The notes under the pieces were generated by a model, which saw only the letters and a program-made list of their open reading frames with translations, searched no databases and was not told the origin of the DNA. A program made the translations under genes and the position numbers. From NCBI RefSeq assembly GCF_000009045.1, contig NC_000964.3, positions 2,976,001-3,040,000 on the forward strand: a stretch of 64,000 bases of DNA. Reading direction: 5' to 3'. The first letter of the stretch is position 1; every line of letters begins with the position of its first letter. The stretch is from Bacillus subtilis subsp. subtilis str. 168 (GTDB lineage Bacteria > Bacillota > Bacilli > Bacillales > Bacillaceae). Positions 1-11,733 of this stretch are shown here, in pieces.

Positions 1-67
1 GGTTCTACTACATCCTACCAGCATAGGTTTAACAGTGCATGAAGATATTGTTAAACCTTTGTAAACA

Positions 68-1807
68 TTAGGCGGACTTTTCAGCGGCCCGTTTCAGCGT
101 CACGGTAAAGACAGTTCCCCGTCCAAGCTCGCTTGTGACATCAATTTTCCCTTCATGAGCCTCTATTAAATGCTTGACAATCGCTAGGCCCAGCCCGGTT
201 CCGCCCGAATTTCTGCTTCTGTCTTTATCTACACGGTAAAAGCGTTCAAAGATGCGCGGAATTTCTTCTTTCTGAATTCCGATTCCAGAATCGGCAACCT
301 CAATCTGAATGTCTTTTTCTCTGGGCTTTACATTGATAGCCACGGAGCCCCCCTCAGGCGTGTAGGTTAATGCATTGTTTACGAGATTAAGAAATACCTG
401 TTTCAGCCTGTACGGGTCACCAGATACATATTGAGGGTCTTTCGGGACATTCAGGTGCAAGGAGATGCCTTTCTCATCCGCCTTATGCTTCAGAAGCGTT
501 TCAATCTCACCAAGCATTTTGGCCGGCTCAAACGTTTCGATACTGAGCGTGAAATTTTGCTGCTCGATTTTTGAGAGATCGAGCAAATCCTGAACCAAAG
601 ACTGAAGCCTTTCGCTTTCCTTAAGAATAATAGAGAGAAATTCAGAAAGCGCCTCTTTGTCTTCCATCGCCCCGTCCAATAACGTCTCCGTAAACCCTTT
701 TATGGACGTAATCGGTGTTTTCAGCTCATGAGAAACATTGGCCACAAAATCCTTCCTCATCTGCTCTAATTTCTTCGTTTCCGTCATGTCATGGAAAACG
801 AGCACAATTCCTTTCCATTCATCGTCCGGCCCCATAATCGGAACGCCGTCCACTTCAAAATAACGCCGTTCTATTTTGATCGGCAGTCTTAACAGCTTGC
901 ATTTCTTTGTCTCCGTCATAAAAATGTCTTCGACAAGCTGGATCACTTCTTCATGTTCAAATGCATCGTGATAAAGACGGCGCAGCATATGATTCGGATT
1001 GATATGAAACTGCTTGGCGTAAGACCTGTTTACGAGATTAATAAAGCCTCTTCCGTCGATCATAATCAGCCCGGAGCCAATGTTTTCAATGACTGTCAGC
1101 AGCCGATCCCGCTGCATTTCCTGCGTTCGCGTCATTTCCATCAGATCAATGGCAAGGCTGTTCATCGCATGTCCTAGCTTATCAGAACGCCTAATATAGC
1201 CGCCGTACGTCCGTGCATCGTAGTTGCCCTTAGAGAGTTCTGTGGCTACATTTGTCGCTGACTCAATTGACCTTTTATAACGTGAGGTCATGCTGGAATA
1301 AAAATAAACAATGACGATAAATGCGGTACAAAGACTGGCCGTCAGCATCCCCCACAATTCGCCTTTTAAGCCGTCGCTTTTTTCAGAGGCGGAAAGCAGC
1401 ACATATCCTGTTTTTTCACCTTCGCTTCTAAGTGAAAGTCCGTAATAAAGCTTGTTATCTGTTGTTGACAGAATACCCTCATGGCCAGAAACAAGCGCCT
1501 GCACCTTTTGGGAATCAGCCGATCTACCGTTTGACCCATACAGCACCTTACCGTCTGTATCGATAACGGATGCGCTCACATCAAGCGCGCCGCCTGCATC
1601 TTTAATGATTTTCTCATTTGCTTGATTATTCAGATTGCCGGCATCAAGAAGCGAAGCCAAGTATTTTGCTTCTTTTTCAATGTGTTCCTCTGCTTTCCTT
1701 TGATCAGATGTTTCAAAAAGCTGCTGTAAAAACAGCCCGAGGACACAAAACACCAGAATCATACAGACAACGAATACAGAAAAAAGGCGCACACGGTATT
1801 TATTCAT
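68..1807 (-). CDS. phoR: Phosphate sensor histidine kinase PhoR
   Basis: 579 aa ORF: two TM segments, PAS, H-box [10 protein letters not shown]1/F/G2 boxes (LVNNA, DSGIG, GTGLGL). Start overlaps the phoP stop (ATGAATAA, 1800-1807). Confidence 0.98.
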
Positions 1808-2522
1808 TCATTTTTGGCTCCTCCAGTTTATACCCCAATCCCCTAATCGTTTTAATGTAGATCGGTTTTTTGGTATTGTTTTCAATTTTGTCGCGAAGAT
1901 GGCTGATGTGCACATCAACAATTCTCGTATCTCCGGCAAAATCATAATTCCAGACTGCGCTCAGCAGCAGGTCTCTTGTCAGAACTCTGCCTTTATGTCT
2001 GCCTAAATAGAGCAGCAGTTCGAATTCTTTCGGTGTCAGTTCAAGCTGACTTTCTTTAAAGTACGCTTCATAATGATCAGGCAGGATTTTCAGATCGCCG
2101 ATTACGATCTGGCCTTCCATTTCATCGTTCTTCATCTCACTAGAGGGCGCAGCTATTTCCGAACGCCTTAAAATCGCTTTGACTCTCGCATTTACTTCCC
2201 TTGGACTGAACGGCTTGGTCATATAATCATCAGCACCGAGCTCCAGCCCTAATACTTTGTCGAATTCCTCATCCTTCGCTGTCAGCATTAAAATGGGAAA
2301 CATCAGTTTTTGCTGTCTCAGCTGCTTGCATACTTCGATTCCGTCCAATTTTGGAAGCATCACATCAAGCACAATCAAATCAGGTTTCTCTGTTTCCGCT
2401 TTTTTGAGTGCTTCTTCCCCATCCGAGGCGGTAATGACATCATAGCCTGACCGTTCCAAATTGTACTGTAAAAGAGTAACAATAGATTCTTCATCATCCA
2501 CAACTAAAATTTTCTTGTTCAT
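1800..2522 (-). CDS. phoP: OmpR-family response regulator PhoP
   Basis: 240 aa: receiver (VVDDE, LDVMLP, KPF) plus winged-helix domain ([20 protein letters not shown]). Confidence 0.98.
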
Positions 2523-2668
2523 GCTGTGCCTCCAGTATTATAATTCCCCGACATCCTATTTCTCTATTTTATGTCATCTTAACATGTTTCATGATTTTAT
2601 TTTAGCGAAAGCAGGACATTCCGACAATTCGCCTTTTACATCATTTTTAAAAGAAATAAAGACGTTTA

Positions 2669-2682
2669 TGATAGCGCTTTCA
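2669..2682 (-). promoter_or_regulatory. cre (CcpA) site upstream of phoPR
   Basis: Minus strand TGAAAGCGCTATCA matches the cre consensus TGWNANCGNTNWCA. Confidence 0.8.
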
Positions 2683-2690
2683 TTTATAGT

Positions 2691-2731
2691 AAAAAGAGAA
2701 AGGCTGTATTAAGCAAGCCTTTCTCTCTTTT
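2691..2731 (-). terminator. Intrinsic terminator after mdh
   Basis: 11-bp stem agagaaaggct/agcctttctct flanked by A and T tracts. Confidence 0.8.
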
Positions 2732-2733
2732 TA

Positions 2734-3672
2734 TTAGGATAATACTTTCATGACATTTTTGACAGATTCAACTGATTTATTCAGCTGCGCTCTTTCATAG
2801 TCTGTCAGTTCAAGTTCAATGATTTGCTCAAGACCGTTGCCGCCTACAATTGTAGGAACACCAAGGTAGATGCCTTCATAGCCGTATTCCCCTTCAAGAT
2901 AAGCAATTGTAGGAAGGACGCGGCGCTGATCTTTCAAGATCGCTTCGACCATTTCTGTCAGAGAAGCCGCAGGCGCATAATACGCGCTTCCGTTTCCAAG
3001 AAGATTCACGATTTCGCCTCCGCCTTTTCTAGTGCGCTCCACAATTGCGTCAATCCGTTCTTTCGGAATAAGAGTTTCAAGCGGGATACCGCCAGCATAA
3101 GAATAACGCACAAGCGGAACCATATCGTCACCGTGTCCGCCGAGTACGAAACCAGTCACATCTTTCACTGACAGGTTTAATTCCTCTGCCACAAATGTTC
3201 TGAATCTTGCCGTATCAAGCACACCTGACTGGCCGATTACACGCTCTTTAGGGAAGCCTGATTCTTTGTACACCGCGTATGTCATTGCATCAACAGGATT
3301 TGTCAGCACCACAATAATAGAGTCAGGAGAATATTTCACGATTTCCTGCGTAACGCTTCTCATAATCTTTTCGTTTGTAGAGACCAGATCATCTCTGCTC
3401 ATACCAGGTTTTCTTGCGATACCGGCTGTAATGACAACAATGTCAGAGCCGGCTGTATCCTCGTAATTGGATGTTCCCGTAATTTTTGCGTCAAAGCCTT
3501 GAACCGGGCTTGCTTCAAGCATATCAAGCGCTTTTCCCTTTGTCGGGTTCTCCAATTGCGGAATGTCAACAAGAACAACGTCTGCCAGCTCTTTTTGAGC
3601 GATTAAAAATGCAGTTGTAGCTCCGGTAAAACCTGCTCCGATAACAGAAACTTTTTTACGAGTATTTCCCAT
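2734..3672 (-). CDS. mdh: Malate dehydrogenase
   Basis: 312 aa; GAGFTG Rossmann motif, [16 protein letters not shown]. Confidence 0.98.
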   Translation of the reverse strand: MGNTRKKVSVIGAGFTGATTAFLIAQKELADVVLVDIPQLENPTKGKALDMLEASPVQGFDAKITGTSNYEDTAGSDIVVITAGIARKPGMSRDDLVSTNEKIMRSVTQEIVKYSPDSIIVVLTNPVDAMTYAVYKESGFPKERVIGQSGVLDTARFRTFVAEELNLSVKDVTGFVLGGHGDDMVPLVRYSYAGGIPLETLIPKERIDAIVERTRKGGGEIVNLLGNGSAYYAPAASLTEMVEAILKDQRRVLPTIAYLEGEYGYEGIYLGVPTIVGGNGLEQIIELELTDYERAQLNKSVESVKNVMKVLS

Positions 3673-3715
3673 GTCTCTCTTCTCCTTTATGGCTAGTTTT
3701 AGGCTTTTTCCTTGC

Positions 3716-4987
3716 TTAGTCCATGTTTTTGATCAGTTCTTCTCCGAACTCTGAACATTTCACTTCAGTCGCCCCGTCCATTAATCTGGCAAAATCGTAA
3801 GTTACGACTTTAGAAGCGATTGTTTTTTCCATAGATTTGATAACCAAATCAGCCGCTTCGTTCCATCCTAAATGCTCAAGAAGCAGAACGCCTGAAAGAA
3901 TAACTGAAGATGGGTTTACTTTATCAAGGCCTGCATATTTAGGAGCCGTTCCGTGCGTCGCCTCGAAAATCGCATGTCCTGTTTCGTAGTTGATGTTCGC
4001 TCCAGGAGCAATGCCGATTCCGCCGACTTGCGCAGCAAGAGCATCAGAAATGTAATCTCCGTTCAAGTTCATTGTCGCAACGACATCAAACTCGTTTGGA
4101 CGCGTTAAGATCTGCTGAAGGAAAATGTCAGCAATGCTGTCTTTGATAATGATTTTTCCTGCTGCTTCCGCTTCGCTTTGCGCTTTGTTGGCAGCGTCTT
4201 TTCCTTGTTCTTCAGCAATGCGGTCATATTGAGCCCATGTGAAGACTTTATCTCCGTATTCTTTTTCAGCAAGTTCATAGCCCCAGTTTTTGAAGGCGCC
4301 TTCTGTGAACTTCATGATGTTTCCTTTGTGAACAAGTGTTACAGATTTGCGGCCATGCTCGATCGCATAATCAATGGCAGCTCTGACCAAGCGGCTTGTT
4401 CCTTCTTCTGAAACAGGCTTAATGCCGATACCTGATGTCTCAGGGAAACGGATTTTATTGACGTTTAACTCATTTTGAAGGAAGCTGATAAGCTTTTGCA
4501 CTTCTTCAGAGCCTTTTGCATACTCGATGCCTGCGTAAATATCTTCTGTATTTTCACGGAAGATGACCATATCAGTATCTTCAGGGCGTTTTACCGGTGA
4601 CGGCACTCCAGTAAAGTATCTTACAGGTCTTAAGCAGACGAATAGGTCAAGCTCTTGTCTGAGCGCTACGTTCAAAGAACGGATACCGCCGCCGACAGGT
4701 GTCGTTAACGGGCCTTTAATCGCGATGAAATATTCGCGGATCACATCTAATGTTTCAGCAGGGAGCCACTCACCTGTTTTATTATAAGCCTTTTCTCCGG
4801 CGTAAACTTCTTTCCATGTAATTTTCTTTTCGCCTTTGTATGCTTTTTCTACTGCTGCTTCCAAAACCTTCGAAGCCGCGTTCCAAATATCAGGACCGGT
4901 TCCGTCTCCTTCGATAAATGGGATAATCGGGTTGTTTGGTACGTTTAATACTCCGTTAGAGACTGTAATTTTTTCACCTTGTGCCAC
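3716..4987 (-). CDS. icd: NADP-dependent isocitrate dehydrogenase
   Basis: 423 aa, GTG start; [35 protein letters not shown]. Confidence 0.98.
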
Positions 4988-5080
4988 AATAAAAACCTCC
5001 CAGTATGTAATTCATATTTAGAAAACATTTTATTTTTCTTATATAGAAAATAAAATGATTTTTCCTAACATTCAATTTAA

Positions 5081-5109
5081 AGTGTAACCCAATTTTGATG
5101 TCTGAACAA
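5081..5109 (-). promoter_or_regulatory. Candidate internal sigma-A promoter for icd-mdh
   Basis: Minus strand TTGTTC-17 nt-TACACT in the citZ-icd intergenic region. Confidence 0.45.
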
Positions 5110-5150
5110 GAGGCTAACCTCATTGACGCAAGCCAGCCTCCAATGGTTCT

Positions 5151-6269
5151 TTAGGCTCTTTCTTCAATCGGAACGAATTTTTGTTTGTCAGGGCCTGTGT
5201 AATCTGCCCGCGGGCGGATCAGACGGTTGTTGTCATACTGCTCAAGAATATGAGCGAGCCAGCCGGACATTCTGCTTACAGCAAAAATCGGTGTAAACAA
5301 ATCATGGTCAATACCGAGGCTGTGATATACAGAAGCCGAATAGAAATCAACGTTAGGCGGAAGCTTTTTCTCTGATGTGACGATGTCTTCTATACGAATC
5401 GACATCTCATACCATTTGCTTTCGCCTGTCAGGTTGGTCAGGCGCTTGCTCATTTCTTTCAGATGCTTCGCGCGCGGATCACCATGCTTATACACACGGT
5501 GGCCGAATCCCATGATTTTTTCTTTCTTTTCAAGTTTAGCGCGGATGTACGGCTCAGCGTTTTCCACTTCACCGATTTCTGTCAGCATTTTCATAACGCC
5601 TTCATTCGCTCCGCCGTGAAGAGGCCCTTTCAGCGCGCCGATTGCTGCAGTAATGCCTGAATAGATGTCAGAAAGTGTTGCGACGCAGACCCTCGCTGTG
5701 AACGTTGACGCGTTCAGCTCATGGTCAGCATGTAAAATCAATGCTTTGTTGAAGGCTTCAACTTCAATTGGTGAAGGCTCTTCACCGTTTAATGTGTAAA
5801 GAAAATTCTCCGCAATACCGTAATCTTCTCTCGGTTCAACAGGCTCAAGACCCTTGCGAATTCTGGAAAACGCTGCAACCAGGCCAGGCACCTTTGCCTG
5901 AAGGCGGATCGCCTTTCTGTAGTTGGCTTCCGGGTTCATGGTATCAGCCTCGCTGTCAAGCAGGCCTAGTAATGAAATTGCTGTCCGAAGAGCAGCCATG
6001 GGATGAACATTTTCGAGGGAATAAGATTTGAAGTGCTCAATAATTTCTTGCGGAACGGCAGCTTCCTTTGCAAGCTGCTGCTTTAACTCTTCAAGCTCTT
6101 TTTTGTTTGGCAGCCTTAGATGCCAAAGCAAGTAGATGATTTCTTCAAAACTTGCATTCTCTGTCAAATCATCGATATCATACCCCACATATGTAAGGGT
6201 ATCATCAATAATAGAACTAACAGATGATGTTGTTGCTACAACCCCTTCAAGACCGCGTGTCGCTGTCAT
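5151..6269 (-). CDS. citZ: Citrate synthase II
   Basis: 372 aa from MTATRGLEG. The RBS AAAGGAG abuts the upstream ATG at 6278, so 6269 is the better-spaced start. Motifs GPLHGGAN, GFGHRVY, PNVDFYS. Confidence 0.97.
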   Translation of the reverse strand: MTATRGLEGVVATTSSVSSIIDDTLTYVGYDIDDLTENASFEEIIYLLWHLRLPNKKELEELKQQLAKEAAVPQEIIEHFKSYSLENVHPMAALRTAISLLGLLDSEADTMNPEANYRKAIRLQAKVPGLVAAFSRIRKGLEPVEPREDYGIAENFLYTLNGEEPSPIEVEAFNKALILHADHELNASTFTARVCVATLSDIYSGITAAIGALKGPLHGGANEGVMKMLTEIGEVENAEPYIRAKLEKKEKIMGFGHRVYKHGDPRAKHLKEMSKRLTNLTGESKWYEMSIRIEDIVTSEKKLPPNVDFYSASVYHSLGIDHDLFTPIFAVSRMSGWLAHILEQYDNNRLIRPRADYTGPDKQKFVPIEERA

Positions 6270-6368
6270 ATATAACATCTCCTTTTCAATAAATTTCCCC
6301 TTTAAGAGTGTTGTAAAAACATGAGGCTTACTTAAAAAGCACGATGCAAGTATTTCTCTCCCCCAAAA

Positions 6369-6382
6369 AGAAAATGCTTACA
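6369..6382 (-). promoter_or_regulatory. cre site in the citZ leader
   Basis: Minus strand TGTAAGCATTTTCT, downstream of the promoter. Confidence 0.7.
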
Positions 6383-6426
6383 TTTTACTGGCTGCTGGAA
6401 CTAAAACCCTTTGCTTTTGAAAGAAC

Positions 6427-6441
6427 ATAACAAATTTTTAT
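6427..6441. promoter_or_regulatory. CcpC-type LysR dyad in the citZ leader
   Basis: ATAA-caaattt-TTAT (ATAA-N7-TTAT); CcpC is the established citrate-responsive repressor of citZ. Confidence 0.7.
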
Positions 6442-6469
6442 AAGCTTATTTAAGTTTAAGCCTATTCTC

Positions 6470-6498
6470 ATTATAAACAATAATCAGACATTTGTTAA
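6470..6498 (-). promoter_or_regulatory. sigma-A promoter of citZ
   Basis: TTAACA-17 nt-TATAAT on the minus strand. Confidence 0.8.
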
Positions 6499-6572
6499 AT
6501 GTTTACCTATAATTTTTTTTTTCCATTCTGTGATTTCCCCGAAAAAACGCCTTTATTTGCGGGTTTTTGCAT

Positions 6573-6604
6573 AAAAAAAAGCGGCTTTAAGGCCGCTTTT
6601 TTTT
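6573..6604 (-). terminator. Terminator after ytwI
   Basis: aaaaaaaagcggc-tttaag-gccgctttttttt dyad. Confidence 0.8.
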
Positions 6605-7067
6605 ATGAAGTGAACAGTTTTACGATCTGCATGGCTAAATAAGCAATCCCCGCTCCGATCAGCGGCCCCACCGCAACTCCTCCAAAAAGCGCGACTGCAA
6701 GAATGGTCCCGATCACGAGAGCAGTTGTAATATGCGGATCATTTTCAAGCAGGGTCAGGCCGTTTTTTGCAATCAGCGCCACTGCGATCCCCGCTCCAAG
6801 GGCGATCCATGCGTAGGAAGACCGCATTGCTTCTCCAAGCTGCTTAAATCCGATTTCTCCCGTGGCAATCGGGACAAGAACGGCGATGGTAATAATGGTC
6901 ACACCCCAGTTAATGCCTTTTGACTGGATGGTCGGAAATAATTTCTGATCAAGCCCAACGATTTTGATGATCAAAAGGACGGATACAGCAAAGAGCAATG
7001 ATTGGTTTTTTGCGATAAGTGCGATAGCCAAGAGTAAAATTAAAAATAAATTCGCTTGTGTAAACAC
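6603..7067 (-). CDS. ytwI: Small integral membrane protein (DUF441/UPF0756-like)
   Basis: 154 aa from a GTG at 7067 with RBS GGAGGG; almost entirely hydrophobic helices. The ORF-track start at 7172 lacks an RBS. Confidence 0.88.
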   Translation of the reverse strand: MFTQANLFLILLLAIALIAKNQSLLFAVSVLLIIKIVGLDQKLFPTIQSKGINWGVTIITIAVLVPIATGEIGFKQLGEAMRSSYAWIALGAGIAVALIAKNGLTLLENDPHITTALVIGTILAVALFGGVAVGPLIGAGIAYLAMQIVKLFTS

Positions 7068-7163
7068 ATGCCATCCCTCCTTTAAGATGAATGTATTCAT
7101 ATTCAGCCGCAGCGTGAATACATATAAAAAATAGGACATGCTGACGAGAGGAGGACCGTTTTT

Positions 7164-8279
7164 GTGAATCAATCTTATATCACTATTTTTTTCAGAACCC
7201 TCTTTGTCATATCAATGACCGCAGGGTCGATAGCTGCGGCCTATTATTCGTTTCCGTTAACTTATCCGTTCCTGATCGCCCTTATTCTATCTTCAGTGAT
7301 TCATCCTGTTGTCGATTATTTGGACAAAGTGACAGGATTCCCCCGAACGATAAATGTTCTGGGCGTTCTTGCTTTTTTTCTGCTCGCAGCCTTCGGCGTG
7401 CTCACCATTCTGGTAGCCGAAATCGTAACGGGAACAGCCTATCTAGCAAAAACGCTGCCTCCGCATATCAGCACGTTTATTTCATATTGCGAAAAATTGT
7501 TTACCACTCATATTCAGCCGCTCTATAACGAGTTAACTCTTTTGTTTCAAGAATTGGAAACGAACCAGCAGGCTTCCATCGTCACTCATATCCAGACACT
7601 CGGTGATTCTGCCGCTAAAAATGCCGGGCTCCTGCTGTCCCACATTCTAGAGATGATCCCGAGATTTTTCGCTCTTCTTCCCAATACGGCGGCGGTTCTG
7701 ATTTTTTCTCTTCTGGCAACCTTTTTTATGACAAAGGATTGGCATAAGCTGAAAGCCATGCTTGTTTTAATTCTGCCGGATCGTGTGACAGCTAACAGCA
7801 AAGCAATCAGCAGCGAATTAAAAAAAGCAATGACTGGTTTTATCAAAGCACAAGCCGTCCTCGTTTTCATCACGATGGTGATTGTATTTATCGGCCTTTC
7901 TCTCTTAAAGGTTGAACACGCCGCAACAATTGCTTTTTTAATCGGGCTTGTAGATCTTCTCCCTTACTTAGGTGCCGGCTCCGTATTTGTGCCCTGGATT
8001 TTGTATTTATCGATTACGGGCCAGCTGCCCCAAGCAATCGGAATTGGTATCCTGTACCTCGTCGTTCTTATTCAGCGGCAGCTGACAGAGCCCAAGATAC
8101 TAAGTAAATCTATCGGGATCGATCCGCTGGCAACACTCATCGCCCTGTTTGCCGGCTTTAAATTATTCGGGTTTTTAGGACTGATTGCGGGACCGGCTGT
8201 ACTCGTCATCATCCAAGCTTTCATCACAACAGGCGCATTAAAAGAAATATGGTCCTATATCACCGTTCAGCAAAAATAA
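7164..8279 (+). CDS. ytvI: AI-2E family membrane transporter (sporulation)
   Basis: 371 aa, GTG start with RBS GAGGAGG; AI-2E signatures (DLLPYLG, TEPKILSKSIGIDP). Confidence 0.92.
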   Translation: MNQSYITIFFRTLFVISMTAGSIAAAYYSFPLTYPFLIALILSSVIHPVVDYLDKVTGFPRTINVLGVLAFFLLAAFGVLTILVAEIVTGTAYLAKTLPPHISTFISYCEKLFTTHIQPLYNELTLLFQELETNQQASIVTHIQTLGDSAAKNAGLLLSHILEMIPRFFALLPNTAAVLIFSLLATFFMTKDWHKLKAMLVLILPDRVTANSKAISSELKKAMTGFIKAQAVLVFITMVIVFIGLSLLKVEHAATIAFLIGLVDLLPYLGAGSVFVPWILYLSITGQLPQAIGIGILYLVVLIQRQLTEPKILSKSIGIDPLATLIALFAGFKLFGFLGLIAGPAVLVIIQAFITTGALKEIWSYITVQQK

Positions 8280-8317
8280 AACGGCAGCCGTTTTTTCATG
8301 GCTGCCGTTTTTTATTT
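8277..8317. terminator. Bidirectional terminator between ytvI and ytzA
   Basis: 12-bp stem aaaacggcagcc/ggctgccgtttt between convergent genes. Confidence 0.85.
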
Positions 8318-8695
8318 GATGATGATCCGCTTATTCTTCGACATTCCTCTCAGCCATTTGAACAGAATCGGCTTACACCAGCCGCGGGTAAACGGGATAA
8401 GAAGACAGGCGCCGGCCAAATCTGATAAAAAGCCCGGAAGCATCAGCAATAGACCGCCAATGAAAATGCACAGACCGTCAGCAATCGCTTCTCCCGGCAT
8501 TTTGCCATATTGAAGATCACGCTGAACCTTATAATACACTTCGGTTCCTTGTTTTTTTGCAGCTGCTGCGCCGATAATGCCAGTCAGAATCATGAATAGA
8601 ACTGTCGGCAAAATACCAATCAGATTTCCTAAAAATAGGAATATACCGATTTCTATTGCCGGAAACACAATAAAAAGCAAAAACAAAAATCTCAT
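8312..8695 (-). CDS. ytzA: FxsA-family membrane protein
   Basis: 127 aa from MRFLFLLF; FxsA-like motifs (PAIEI, LLMLPGFLSD). Confidence 0.88.
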   Translation of the reverse strand: MRFLFLLFIVFPAIEIGIFLFLGNLIGILPTVLFMILTGIIGAAAAKKQGTEVYYKVQRDLQYGKMPGEAIADGLCIFIGGLLLMLPGFLSDLAGACLLIPFTRGWCKPILFKWLRGMSKNKRIIIK

Positions 8696-8750
8696 ATCCA
8701 AGCCCCCCACACGTGTAACACGTTCTGTTCAACAAAAGGCATGATAAAGA

Positions 8751-8779
8751 GAAAAGGAAGGGATTCCCCTTCCATTTTC
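8751..8779 (-). terminator. Hairpin / partial terminator after pyk
   Basis: gaaaaggaaggg-attc-cccttccattttc. Confidence 0.6.
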
Positions 8780-8787
8780 ACCTGTAA

Positions 8788-10545
8788 TTAAAGAACGCTC
8801 GCACGGCCTTGATAGACTGCGCCTCTGGAAGCGTCAACTGTAATATCCTGGCCATCTGTCAAAATAGATGTCGCATTTTCCAGACCCACGATAACCGGGA
8901 TGCCAAGGCTTAATCCGACTACCGCAGCATGGCTAGTCAAACCGCCTTCTTCTGTAATAAGAGCAGACGCTTTTTCAAGGGATGCAATCATATCACGGTC
9001 AGTGCTTTTGGTAACAAGTACCGCACCGTCAGTCATTTTTTGCTCAGCTTCTTTTGCATTTTGTGCAACGACAACCGGACCGTAAGCTGATTTGCGTCCA
9101 ATGCCTTGGCCTTTAGCGATGATATCGCCGACAGTATGAACCTTCATTAAGTTCGTAGTGCCGGACTCACCGACAGTGCCAGCTGTAATAACGATAAGAT
9201 CGCCGTGTTTTACAATTCCGCTGTTCAATGATTTTTGGACAGCATCCTCAAGCATCTCATCTGTTGAGCTCGCATTTTGGCCGCTTTCCGCGAATACGCC
9301 AGATACGAGGGCAAGCTTTCTGGAAATAGAGTCATTTACAGTAACCGCAACAATCGGAGCCTGCGGACGGTATTTTGCAATCATACGTGCTGTATGGCCG
9401 CTTTCTGTCGGCGTTACGATCGCAGCAGCATTCAGGTTAATCGCCGTATGTGCGACAGATTGTCCAATTGCGTCTGTAATTGTCATGCCCACTTGGTCTC
9501 TGCGTTTTGAGAGAATTTCTTTATAATTTAATGCTTCTTCAGAACGGGACGCGATGTTATGCATTGTTTGAACTGCTTCAACCGGGTAACTTCCGGCAGC
9601 AGTTTCACCAGAAAGCATGATCGCATCTGTTCCGTCGAAGATCGCGTTTGCAACGTCACTTGCTTCCGCACGAGTCGGACGCGGGTTGCGCTGCATGCTG
9701 TCAAGCATTTGTGTCGCTGTAATAACAGGTTTGCCCAGCGCGTTGCATTTTTTGATCAGTTCTTTTTGCACAAGCGGCACTTCTTCAGCTGGAATTTCCA
9801 CACCTAAGTCTCCGCGTGCAACCATTAAGCCGTCAGACACTTCGAGAATCGCATCGATGTTGTCAACGCCCTCTTGGTTTTCGATTTTAGGGATGATTTG
9901 AATATCCTGAGCGTTGTGCTCTTCAAGAAGCTCACGGATTTCGAGCACATCCGTAGAACGTCGAATGAAAGATGGTGCGATGAAGTCTACTCCTTGCTCA
10001 ATACCGAAAACGATGTCTCGCGCATCCTTTTCAGTAATCCCCGGAAGATTGACACTTACGCCCGGTACGTTAACACCTTTTTTATTTTTGAGTGTTCCGT
10101 TGTTTAATACTTTTGTTTTGATTTCGCGTTTAGCGGCATCTACATCAAGTACCTCAAGACCGATAAGGCCGTCATCTAACAGAATCGTTGAACCTTGTTC
10201 AACGTCATGGACTAAACCTTCATATGTCACTGAAATTTTATCTGTTGTTCCTACAACCTCGTCCATTGAAATAATGAGCTCTTTGCCTGTTTCAAGCTCA
10301 ATACCGCCGTTTTCCATTGTATGTGTGCGGATTTCAGGACCTTTTGTATCAAGCAGAATTCCAACGTTCTTGCCAAGTTTTTTACTTGCTTCGCGGATAT
10401 TTTTAATTCTTGCACCGTGCTCCTCAAAATCTCCGTGAGAAAAGTTTAATCGAGCCACGTTCATTCCTGACTCCATTAATTTCGTAAGCATTTCAATACT
10501 TTCACTTGCCGGACCGATGGTACAAACAATTTTAGTTTTTCTCAT
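8788..10545 (-). CDS. pyk: Pyruvate kinase with C-terminal PEP-utiliser domain
   Basis: 585 aa from [12 protein letters not shown]; [16 protein letters not shown]-terminal [10 protein letters not shown]. Confidence 0.98.
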
Positions 10546-10587
10546 TTGGTTCACTTCCTTCTGAAATCTTCAGCCTTCAGCTGTACA

Positions 10588-11559
<972 letters not shown>

Positions 11560-11646
11560 TCAGCAACATATATGATTAAACATAACATGATCATTGCCCT
11601 AAAAACAATGAAAAGGGATCTCCATCCTCCCTATGAAACCTTACCT

Positions 11647-11675
11647 ATTATACAATTAAATAAATTGTTTTTAAA
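11647..11675 (-). promoter_or_regulatory. Candidate sigma-A promoter of pfkA-pyk
   Basis: TTTAAA-17 nt-TATAAT on the minus strand, downstream of the accA terminator. Confidence 0.55.
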
Positions 11676-11695
11676 TAAAATTTAAGGAATGTCAC

Positions 11696-11733
11696 AAAAA
11701 ATAAACGTGAGCCAAAGGCTTCACGTTTATTTA
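11696..11733 (-). terminator. Terminator after accA
   Basis: aaataaacgtga-gccaaaggct-tcacgtttattt dyad. Confidence 0.8.

Noticed and set aside
8710-8735. SOS-box-like GAAC...GTT upstream of ytzA
   Set aside because: Spacing is GAAC-N2-GTTA, not N4.
9914-10438. 174-aa Ser-rich plus-strand ORF and similar ORFs over pyk, pfkA, icd, ackA and argG
   Set aside because: Antisense shadows of highly expressed, codon-biased genes; Ser/Pro-rich composition is typical of that artefact.
11590-11640. Possible leader peptide in the pfkA 5' UTR (GGGAGG ATG GAG ATC CCT TTT CAT TGT TTT TAG)
   Set aside because: The SD abuts the ATG with zero spacing, so initiation is unlikely.
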